A DNA stretch of 64,000 nucleotides from Ignavibacteriota bacterium (GTDB lineage Bacteria; Bacteroidota; Ignavibacteria; UBA10030; CAVZMI01), in NCBI GenBank assembly GCA_963776275.1, contig CAVZMI010000018.1:1-64000 (forward strand). The letters are read 5' to 3'. Positions within the stretch are counted from its first letter, which is position 1. Each line of letters opens with the position of its first letter. Position numbers and translations under genes: made by a program. The notes below the pieces were generated by a model. The model was not told the origin of the DNA. It made no database searches and saw nothing but the letters and a program-made list of their open reading frames with translations. Shown in pieces: positions 52,139 through 61,633 of the stretch.

Positions 52139-54129
52139 TGAAATCCGTTTATATTTGTATTGTCCTTCTACTCTCTCCTATGGCAAGACTGGGTGCACAG
52201 GAGACTATTCCGTATAATCAACAGGCGGAAATTTATTTTATACAGGCGTTGACGAATTTTGAACAACAGAATTTCATCGCAGCCGCAATGATGTTTCAGC
52301 AGGTAGAGAAGGATTTTCCGCTTCATCAGCGCACAACGGCTGCCATCATCATGGAGGCAAAGTCGCTGTTTCATCTCGAGAGATACGACTCATCGATTCA
52401 GGTGCTTGGCGGTTTTCTCCGCCGATTTCCAAACAGCTCTTATGTTGATGACGCTCGCTTCACTCTCGCCCAGAATTACTATATTCAACGTCGGTATCGC
52501 GACATCGTTCCTGAAATGCTTTCTATCATCGAGAGTTCAGATGATTCTGTTCTGATCGACCATGCCGAGGATCTATTAACGACGACAGGTGTATTTCACC
52601 TGCCAATGGATGAGATTAACGATCTCACTTCGCAGGCCAGGAATCAACCGGCCATTGTCGTCACAGGAAAAATCCTCGCGCAAAAATATGCTCTTGAAGG
52701 AGAATTCACAAAAGCAAGCGAGGTAATCAGGCACCATCATCAGACAATATCCACATGAACCCCGACGTCAGCGTCTGGACTCGCTGCTGACAATCTATCA
52801 GCGGGGAACAAAAATTAAAATTGGACTACTTCTTCCTTTTCTCGGCGGAATTTCACAGGCTTCCGATCACGCGTTATCCTCTGAAATTCTCGAGGGTTCA
52901 AAATATGCTGCTGAAGAATTCAACCGTTCCTCTACTGTACATGTCAGCCTTGAAACCCGGGATACCCGGAGTGATCTTGTTAAAATAGCGAAAGAAATCG
53001 AGGAGCTTGCCGCAGATTCTGAGGTGATAGGAGTGATCGGACGGTTTTCAGTGACGAAGTGGAAGTGGCGGCACGGGTCGCCGTTCTCAACTCGCTACCA
53101 CTGGTGACCCCCACGGCGACTGCGATCGGTCTTACACGGTGGGGGAGAGAGATATTTCAGGCAAACCCAGATTATATAATTCGCGGTGCATTGATGGCAC
53201 AATTTGCCGTTGAACAATTGGGTTTGAGGACCTTTGCCGTGCTCAATTCGACAGAGGAGTTCAGCACACAGATGGCGGATGCGTTCATCGATGAAGTGCG
53301 GCGGCGAGGGGCACAGGTCGTTGTACGCAAAAGTTATGAACACGGAGGCGAGGATCTGCAGAAACAGATGACCGCGATACGCGAAGAGAGTTTCTTAATG
53401 CAGTATCAGCCGACGATTACTTTCTCGTCAAAGATGAAAAAGAACGAGATCATGAAATTCCTGAAAGCGGGAATATCGCAGATGTCGATTGATTCGCTCA
53501 TCGATCGTAACGCTACCGTTACCGCCGGAGAGCTTCTCGGTCCGAAATGGAAGGCTCTTATTGATTCACTTCGCCTCCCCGTAACCCGTCCTGTCATGGA
53601 TACTATAGAACTGCAAACGCCCGTATCGGGTATTGAGGCGCTCTATGCACCGATAGCCTCTCCTGATGAAATTGGCATCATCGGCGCACAGCTCACTTAT
53701 TATAATATACATACGCAGCTTCTGGGATCTGGTGATTGGTATCGGCTTGAGGAACTTGATGCCAACAGCCGGTACGTCAATGGTGTCTATTTTGATGCCG
53801 ACAACTATACATCGAGAGATGATCCTGAGTACAATCAATTTGCCCCCTCATTTCAGAAAGCTACCGGAAAACAACCGACAAAAAATAATATCATCGGCTA
53901 CGATATAATGAAAATGATCCTCTCATTGATTGATGAGAGGAATCTCAATCGTGCCGAGTTCCTCCATCGACTCTCGACACTCACTCAGTATCGCTCTTTG
54001 CATTCCATCATCTCGTTTACCAAAGAGCGCGTCAACGGATCATTGACCATTCTTCAGTATAAGAATGGACAGATTAAAGAAGTGATACACGAGTTCTGGA
54101 AAGGAGAATCGCAAAACGAGTCGAAATAA
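52135..54129 (+). CDS. Exported TPR (BamD-like) protein fused to a type I periplasmic-binding-protein fold (LppC/LpoA-like); frameshifts near 52732 and 53042
   Basis: Signal peptide; FPNSSYVDDA TPR; restored middle KIGLLLPF..G...IGPVFS; P.VTPTA, LLGSGDW and GYD. Confidence 0.7.
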
Positions 54130-54835
54130 ATCCTCCGGATCCAAACAGCCACTATATCACACTCGTATTAAAGATTGGCCGTCGGGTGAGAGACCAAGGG
54201 AGAAGCTTCTCAAACGCGGGGTCGAATCGCTTTCTGATGCCGAGCTCCTGGCGATCATAATCGGATCGGGGAGCCGGGGAGTGACGGCCCTCGACCTTGC
54301 GCAAACGCTGCTCAGGGAGGTAGGAGGTTTGCAGGCGTTGGGCGAGAAAGACCATCAATTACTTCAAAAGTACAAGGGGATCGGTCAAACACGCTCAATA
54401 ACGCTTGCGGCGCTTTTCGAGCTTTCACGCCGCATTCAATCGTCTGGCACTCAGGAATTTCCCACGATCAATTCGCCCGAGGAGGTAGCGGCCATGTTTA
54501 TTCCGCGATTTCGCGGCATCCAACAGGAACGGTTCTATGTCCTTCATTTGAATAGCGCCAATCTGGTTGTACGTGAAGTTGAAATCAGTCGCGGGATATT
54601 GAATACAAGTCTTGTGCACCCGCGGGAGGTTTTTAGTTCGGCGGTCATCGATCGGGCGGCATCGCTGATTTTAGTCCATAATCATCCCAGTGGGAATCCG
54701 GAACCGAGTGAAGAAGACCGTTCTGTAACCGCGCAAATTGTGGAATCGGGACGGATTCTTGGAATTCCCGTCCATGATCATGTGATAATTGCCGGGAACG
54801 GATATATGAGTTTTCGTAGTCGTAATTTAATGTAA
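54116..54835 (+). CDS. radC: RadC/JAB-domain protein
   Basis: Frame open upstream of 54281 with IKDWP..ERPREKL..G..SLSDAELLAII; VHPREVF and HNHPSG..EPS..D; the only plausible start is ACG 54116 after AAGGAG. Confidence 0.9.
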   Translation, partial: TSRNKSSGSKQPLYHTRIKDWPSGERPREKLLKRGVESLSDAELLAIIIGSGSRGVTALDLAQTLLREVGGLQALGEKDHQLLQKYKGIGQTRSITLAALFELSRRIQSSGTQEFPTINSPEEVAAMFIPRFRGIQQERFYVLHLNSANLVVREVEISRGILNTSLVHPREVFSSAVIDRAASLILVHNHPSGNPEPSEEDRSVTAQIVESGRILGIPVHDHVIIAGNGYMSFRSRNLM

Positions 54836-54882
54836 TTTCATTATGTAATCAGCTATATTGGGTTTATCTATTAAGATTTTGC

Positions 54883-54911
54883 TTGACAAAGAAGCACTCT
54901 TTTCTTATAAT
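54883..54911 (+). promoter_or_regulatory. Perfect-consensus sigma70 promoter
   Basis: TTGACA-17bp-TATAAT. Confidence 0.85.
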
Positions 54912-54988
54912 ATCTTCACATAAAAATGAAGTGGCATTTTTTGTGAGATACATTATCTTCACCATAACCCACAATTAGGAGGGGCTAT

Positions 54989-55264
54989 ATGCAAAAACTG
55001 TTGAACTTGTCAACGACATTTCTCATCATGGGGCTGTTGGCAGGCTCGTTACTGGTATCAGGATGTACCAGCCGGGCCAGTGAAGAGGAGATGAAGACGC
55101 TGAGCGATACAAAGGCCGAAGTCGCTTCTCTGAATAAGGAAATGAGTCAGAAAGAACGCGACAAAGCGGCATTGGATCGTGAAGTTGCCGAGAAAGATGG
55201 AAAGTGTCAGCAATGTGCAAAAGATCAAGAAGCGGTAAAAGCTCGTCTGCAAAACTGGAAATAA
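54989..55264 (+). CDS. Small coiled-coil lipoprotein with a C-terminal Lys (Lpp/OprI-like architecture)
   Basis: VSGC lipobox (Cys26); heptad repeats; ends NWK; AGGAGG SD. Confidence 0.75.
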   Translation: MQKLLNLSTTFLIMGLLAGSLLVSGCTSRASEEEMKTLSDTKAEVASLNKEMSQKERDKAALDREVAEKDGKCQQCAKDQEAVKARLQNWK

Positions 55265-55303
55265 GTAACCAGACCAACGAAAAATCAAACAGGAGTTTAA
55301 AGA

Positions 55304-56080
55304 ATGAAAAAGATGATGGTTGTACTCGTTGCTCTCGTGGTTACACTCGGTTTTACAGTGAGTGCGTTCGCACAAGAGGAACGATTGGAAAAAGAAGTTT
55401 GGCAGAAGCAGATGAATGAACAGGCGTCGCTTCGAAACGATGCAAAAGCCAAACTCGAAAAATTGAATGCCGATATCGCCGCTCTGAAACAGCAATCGGT
55501 GCAAAAAGATGTCGATATGAAGAAATGCGCAGGAGAGCTTCTTGCTCTCGTCGATGCGACACAGGCCGATGTCGATGCCTATGAAGTAAAAGTTGCGGCT
55601 CTCGAAGGAAAAGTCAACGACCTCTCCCGGGTTTCAAATGAGGATCTCCTCAGCCGGAAAGCGGAGCTCGACGATGCACAGAAAGCACTTAATGAATTAA
55701 AAGCAAGCAAACTGAGCCTTCTCCCGGCATTCTACGATCGGCTTGCTGCACTGCAGCAGAAGGTCGACGGTTTGAAGGGTACATTGTCTTCAATGGAAAA
55801 GTTCTATACCGTCGGTACATGGGCGAAAGATCGCGATTGCCTCTGGAACATTTCCAAGAAGAAAGATATTTATGCAAATCCCTTCATGTGGCCAAAGATC
55901 TGGCAGGGAAATCGCGACAAGATTAAAGATCCCGATGTGATCCACAAAGGTCAGAAGTTAAAAATCCCGAATGCTGCACCTATGAGCGCCGATGAAAAGA
56001 AAGCCGCGAACAAATATTATCGTTCGAAAGCTGCGGCAGCAGCCCCAGCTCCGGCTCCGGCAAAGAAAGAAGGGAAATAG
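55304..56080 (+). CDS. Exported coiled-coil protein with a LysM peptidoglycan-binding domain
   Basis: AFA-Q signal peptide; long coiled coil; YTV......DCLWNIS...Y.NP..WPKIW..N...IKDPD.I..GQKLKIP. Confidence 0.88.
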   Translation: MKKMMVVLVALVVTLGFTVSAFAQEERLEKEVWQKQMNEQASLRNDAKAKLEKLNADIAALKQQSVQKDVDMKKCAGELLALVDATQADVDAYEVKVAALEGKVNDLSRVSNEDLLSRKAELDDAQKALNELKASKLSLLPAFYDRLAALQQKVDGLKGTLSSMEKFYTVGTWAKDRDCLWNISKKKDIYANPFMWPKIWQGNRDKIKDPDVIHKGQKLKIPNAAPMSADEKKAANKYYRSKAAAAAPAPAPAKKEGK

Positions 56081-56109
56081 GCTTCGACGGTTTTTAAACC
56101 TTTGAATGT

Positions 56110-56177
56110 AGAGCCCTTACGATTCCTTAGGAATGCACGAAGTCTCCTGAGGTGATCGAAGGGCTTTATTATTTTTT
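56110..56177 (+). terminator. Long hairpin with a T-rich tail after the LysM gene
   Basis: AGAGCCCTT.CGAT..CCTTAGGA / TCCTGAGG..ATCG.AAGGGCTTT then ATTATTTTTT. Confidence 0.6.
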
Positions 56178-56202
56178 CACTATATAACAGGAGGATGACA
56201 CT

Positions 56203-57213
56203 ACGGTCACAGAAAAAAAAATCCGGTTGGAAGGTGTCGATACGATGATGCTGCTGGGGATGAACGATAGTAATCTCCAGATCATCGAAGATAGATTTTC
56301 AACAGGGATCATTGTCAGGGGAGATAATATCACATTACGGGGGGAACAGCAGGAGGTTAATCAGCTCGAACGGATATTCAAGGAGCTGATTTTTATATTA
56401 AACAAAAACGGCAATCTCACGCCTAATGATATTGATACCGTCATTGACCTTGTATCGCTCTCGAACGGTGACGGCGCACAACTCCCCTCAACACTGAATA
56501 AAGACGAGATTGATTCCGTTGTCCTATTTACGAAGAACGACGTAATCCGCGCGAAGACTCCGGGACAGAAAGAATATGTCAAACAGGTGAAAAAGAACGA
56601 CATCGTTTTTGCAATCGGCCCCGCCGGAACCGGAAAGACCTATCTTGCAGTGGCGATAGCCGTTGCCAGCTTGAAGAACCGAGAGGTGGAGAGGATTATT
56701 CTCGCGCGGCCCGCAGTCGAAGCGGGCGAGAGCCTAGGATTCCTTCCCGGCGATCTGAAAGAGAAGATTGACCCGTACCTGCGCCCGCTCTATGATGCCC
56801 TCGACGATATGCTGCCGGCTGAAAAGCTCAGAACATACATAGAGAAACGCATCATCGAAATAGCGCCGCTTGCATACATGCGCGGGCGTACGCTGAATAA
56901 TTCGTTCGTCATCCTCGACGAGGCACAGAATGCAATCGGGATGCAGATGAAGATGTTTTTGACACGCCTCGGAGTGAATTCAAAAGCAATCATAACCGGC
57001 GATATTACCCAGATCGATCTTCCGCAGAAATCGGTCTCGGGCCTGGTTCAGATTCAGGATATTCTGAAAGAAATCGACGGAGTTGCTTTCGTCTATTTCG
57101 ACCGTAACAACGTCGTACGCCATAAGTTGGTGAAAGATATCATCGATGCGTATGATAAATATCACAACGGTGATAAGCCGGGAAATATCACGGAGGGAAG
57201 CGGCGGAAAATAA
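56203..57213 (+). CDS. phoH: PhoH-family ATPase
   Basis: GPAGTGKTYLA, RPAVEAGE.LGFLPGD, AYMRGRTL and DEAQN; in-frame ACG at 56203, 8 nt after AGGAGG. Confidence 0.93.
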   Translation, partial: TVTEKKIRLEGVDTMMLLGMNDSNLQIIEDRFSTGIIVRGDNITLRGEQQEVNQLERIFKELIFILNKNGNLTPNDIDTVIDLVSLSNGDGAQLPSTLNKDEIDSVVLFTKNDVIRAKTPGQKEYVKQVKKNDIVFAIGPAGTGKTYLAVAIAVASLKNREVERIILARPAVEAGESLGFLPGDLKEKIDPYLRPLYDALDDMLPAEKLRTYIEKRIIEIAPLAYMRGRTLNNSFVILDEAQNAIGMQMKMFLTRLGVNSKAIITGDITQIDLPQKSVSGLVQIQDILKEIDGVAFVYFDRNNVVRHKLVKDIIDAYDKYHNGDKPGNITEGSGGK

Positions 57214-57529
57214 AGGAATTGTGAGTGATCGAAATGCAATTTACAATACGGTGGACAAGCCTTGGATTGAGCGACTCGGGGTTGACTCAGGGTAAGTATC
57301 GAGGTTACCGGTTTTAGCGATAATTTTTTTAAAGGTTACCTCTGAGTGGTAGGCTCATAAGCCTTTGGCTTAGATATGGCTATATGAATTGCTGATTATG
57401 GTTCGACAAGCTCACCACGAGACTCGGTAACCCGGCTCTATCTTCCTGCGTCTATAGATAAAGACGTTTCAACAAAATCCCGCCTCCCGATTTTTGGGAT
57501 AACTTTTATTTTGACTCAGAGGAGGAATT

Positions 57530-58774
57530 ATGAATGCTCGACTACGACTACTCGCTCTGATCATCCTCGGATGCTGTTTTTGGGGATGCAGAAATTCATC
57601 CGGACCGTCGGATGTACAAAATCCCGTTCGTGATCTAAACGGACTCGAAAAGCAGGTTGTCTCGGCTGATAATTCGTTCGGGATCTCGTTATTCAACAGA
57701 ATCAACCAGACAGAGACCGGGAAGAATGTTATTGTCTCTCCTCTGAGCGTTTCGATGGCATTCGGTATGGCGCTGAACGGCGCCGATGGTTCTACGAAAA
57801 CAGCCATTCAAAATACACTGGGCTATCAGGGATTCAGCGACCAGGATATCAACCAATCCTACCGCAACATCATCGACATTTTTACGCAGCTCGATCCGAA
57901 GGTTCAATTCCAGATTGCAAATTCCATCTGGTACAGGACGGGTTTGCAGGTCGAATCGACGTTCGTGAATGTAAACCGCATGTATTTTGACGCCGAGGTT
58001 CAGGCGTTGAATTTCAGCGATCCTCAGGCGAAGACGATTATAAACGACTGGGTGAATCAAAAGACGCACGGACTTATCGATAAGATTCTCGAGAATGATA
58101 TTCCCCCATATATGATCATGTATCTCATCAACGCCCTCTATTTCAAAGGGACATGGACCACGTCTTTTGATTCAACAAAGACAGTTGATTCCTACTTTAC
58201 GACCGACGGTGGGGTGCAGGAGCAGTGCCGATTAATGACCGCCGGAGGAGAGCTGCTCTGCCTTGAAGATCAATCGATTCAGGCGGTCGATCTTCCATAT
58301 GGAAATGGTGCGTATGAGATGATCGTGATCCTGCCGAAACATGGAATAAACATAGACGACTTTGTTACCGGATTGACCAAAAGCGGATGGGAGCAAATGC
58401 TGGCCAAGCTGGCAAAGCGTGAGGGGACGCTCTATATGCCTCGGTTTAAACTTAGCGACCGCCGCAAGCTTAATGAATATCTTAAAGCTATGGGGATGAG
58501 TGTGGCGTTCAGTCAGGATTCTGCGGATTTTACAAGGATTTGCCACAATATCGCCGGGAGAATTTATATCGACGAAGTGCTGCATAAAACATGCATCGAG
58601 GTGAACGAAGAGGGGACGGTGGCTGCAGCAGTAACGTCTATCGGTTTTGGAGTGACGAGTGTCGGTCCGAGTGAGTTTGTCATGACCGTCGATCACCCAT
58701 TTATCTCTTGTATACGGGAGAGTTCTTCGGGATCCTTGCTATTTATTGGCAAGGTGGTAACGTTACAGGAATGA
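57530..58774 (+). CDS. Serpin-family lipoprotein
   Basis: FWGC lipobox; NVIVSPLS, IN.WV..KT.G.I, NALYFKG.W, EEGTVAAAVT hinge and VDHPF. Confidence 0.95.
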   Translation: MNARLRLLALIILGCCFWGCRNSSGPSDVQNPVRDLNGLEKQVVSADNSFGISLFNRINQTETGKNVIVSPLSVSMAFGMALNGADGSTKTAIQNTLGYQGFSDQDINQSYRNIIDIFTQLDPKVQFQIANSIWYRTGLQVESTFVNVNRMYFDAEVQALNFSDPQAKTIINDWVNQKTHGLIDKILENDIPPYMIMYLINALYFKGTWTTSFDSTKTVDSYFTTDGGVQEQCRLMTAGGELLCLEDQSIQAVDLPYGNGAYEMIVILPKHGINIDDFVTGLTKSGWEQMLAKLAKREGTLYMPRFKLSDRRKLNEYLKAMGMSVAFSQDSADFTRICHNIAGRIYIDEVLHKTCIEVNEEGTVAAAVTSIGFGVTSVGPSEFVMTVDHPFISCIRESSSGSLLFIGKVVTLQE

Positions 58775-58863
58775 TCGAGCTTGAACTGTGAATTGTCCTG
58801 GTGCAGGTTCACAGAAAGAAGAGTAACTCATGGCAGAGAGGAACAATCAACATACTTAATAAA

Positions 58864-58895
58864 GCAAAGGAGGCTCGAAAGAGCCTCCTTTGTTA
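58864..58895. terminator. Intrinsic terminator hairpin after the serpin
   Basis: GCAAAGGAGGCTC-GAAA-GAGCCTCCTTTGT. Confidence 0.85.
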
Positions 58896-59012
58896 TCTCC
58901 TATAGCCTTTAAGTGATGGATATTTTAATGGCTTTTGTCAAATTAGTGCAGTATGATTTAATACTACTACAATCCGGGTAATTTCCAACAACTGACACGG
59001 TGATGGATTGAT

Positions 59013-61625
59013 ATGGAGATACTTACTATATGCTCGAAGAACATAATCAGAGTCATTGTACTCTTAGTCCTTTTAGGCTTACTACCATCAGAGATACTCC
59101 GTGCCCAGCCGACATGTCAGCCCACATCGAGCGGATCGAATTCGATAGAGTTTGATTCAGTGACGAATGAGTATTTGTTCAAAGTTGACGGTAAGACTTT
59201 ATACAAATACTCGATCAACGATGGGCCATTCTGTTATCAAACTGGAGCCACTTTATTTGGATTGAAAGCAGTATCAGTAAATAACCATGATTTTTGGCCA
59301 AGCTATGTTGGAGGAATACAAGCATTATATGAGAGGGATACTATATCTCCAGGTGATAATCTTCATGTGAGATATAAACGATTGGAATATTCCGATAATG
59401 GCCAGATTGTTACCACACGATGGCGGATGAAATACTTTAAGTATAACACCGATATAACGAATCCAGCCCCGACAGAACCTACAGATTCGATCGATTACAC
59501 ATATCATTTGCGAGTATCGGGTAAGACATTAATAATACAGGTTGAGGTCGATTCACAATATATAAAAGCTCAAGCATTTTCCTACAATTTTAATCAAAGT
59601 GAGTGTGAGAACAATTATGGATTAGAAGCACGACGGATACCAGTTCCATACTTGACGTTGTTTAATCTGCTTTATTATGATGCTACATATACATCCTTAT
59701 TTGTAGATTGGGAAACTACTAATGCCTCAAAACTAGTGACATCTAATGGTTTGCGGGTAAAATATCAGGGAATATAGTTACCAACGTCAGTGGTATACAC
59801 CAGTTCACCGGTATATCTACCATTGACAAACGGAAAAAGGAATCGAATGCAGGAGACTATTTATCTTACCGTTTCTCCTGATATTCATGAGGTCCTACCA
59901 AATCTTCCCATTGGAAAGGCCCCAAGAATGAATATAATAACGAACAAGAATATACTTTCTTTTGCACCTCCATTTCCATGGTTGGTATATCCTTCTAACG
60001 GTTATACCTATAAATACCTAGATAGTCTCAAGAACCTTGGTGTGAACGATCTCAATGTTATCATTAAAAATTATCAACAGGCTGGTTTCGACCACGAAAA
60101 TCCGGATGGACTAGACACCAGCGGTGAATGTAACAAGTTTACATTTTGGTATGATGGGGATTGTAATCAAATACAAGATGCAGGTCTTGGTGGAAACGCA
60201 ACACTCCAAATGTTAAAAAATTTAGTAGTCGATACTCTTCAATACGGTTTTGCCCTTCACGAACAATATGTCGATTACTATACAAATTCTAAAACTTATA
60301 TTGATCATGGCCTCAGTTACGCTGCTATATATTCGAATGGTAATCCCGCCCTGAACTGGATTAATGGTTGTCACGATACAGCGCGTGTAATAAAGCCATC
60401 CTTAGCCCCATCGATCGCTTCGGATTGGTCATCAAGATTGGGTAATCTTTTTCATCCCACATGGAGTTATCTTGATGTTCATTCAGGTGTTAATCCTTCT
60501 GATATGGTCGACTATGAACCAAGTCAAACAGGTGCCGGCCTATTTAGATATGTTGTGGCGCAATATCGTGATGTGGCAAATACCATCAGAACTAATTATG
60601 ATGGGCCTGTTCAGGGAGAGGGTGGCAACCATTTTTTATATGCAGGTTATATGGATGATTTCGAAGCCCGGTTGATGACAGGTGATTATCGTGTTTTTGG
60701 ATATAATGCCCCACTCTTTGTCGATTTTGATATTTATAAGTTTCACAATAAATCGGCTTTACATGGAGTTGGACATTATTCCATTTTCTTTAGCCATTTA
60801 GAAAAAAATAGTGAAGGGGTTGATATTAGTATACCGGCCGAGAACATTGGGAGAGACTCCATGTTGACGCTCATTGCTACAGAACTTGCGTTTGGGCATG
60901 GTGGATTGGTGACCAAAGCCTGCGTTGTTGATAATTCCATGGAACAGGCGATTATCGAATACCAGTATGTATTGCCCGTTTATAAAAAGATTGCCAACCT
61001 GAATTTAAATCCTACTAATACGGAAATCTTATACTCCGACAATGGTGGTACTCACTGGCAAACTGCATCAGAATATATTAGAGATCATCCACACTGGGAT
61101 AATAGTAAAGACTCATCAGATTTCATGTCACAAGTGAAAGTCAGATACCCCGGTGGAATCACGATCATCGTGAACAGGCATCCAACGAGATCGTTAGATG
61201 TTCCATCGCCGGGCAGACGTAATAGCTGGTACGCCTATCATGCGAATGGCTCGTTGGGAACAGGCAGGGTAAATGTCGATTCATTCGCTTTACCTCCGAT
61301 GAATGGTTGGGTTGTCTGCGATTCCAGCATGAATGGCAATCCCGATCAACCTCTACTTTTGTCGCCGGATAACGGTGCAAAGAACATTTCGGGACCGACA
61401 GTACTCAGGTGGGAAGTATCGGAAAGGGCGACGCGATACACGATTCATATTCGTACAACAAATGGAGATATCGAGGTGACCACTCCGGTAACTTGGTATA
61501 CTATCGGGAATCTCTCTCCCGGCAGCGTCGTCATATGGTCTGTAACAGCGATCAATGATGGAGGAAAGAGTATACCTTCTATGCCCCGGTCATTTATTAC
61601 AATCCCGGATTATTCACCACATTGA
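59013..61625 (+). pseudogene. Large secreted protein (glycoside-hydrolase-like barrel plus C-terminal FN3-like domain) interrupted by a single in-frame TAG at 59775-59777
   Basis: ORFs 59013-59777 and 59790-61625 are in the same frame; signal peptide ending ILRA-Q; FALHEQYVD, YLDVHS and GEGG.H..YAGYMD motifs; P.LLSP.NG..L.W FN3-like tail. Confidence 0.55.
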
Positions 61626-61633
61626 TCGTTGAT

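Noticed and set aside
54116-54835. radC as a marker of a mobile or defence element
   Set aside because: It is the full-length chromosomal type with an N-terminal HhH region, flanked by housekeeping genes, with no integrase or CBASS genes nearby
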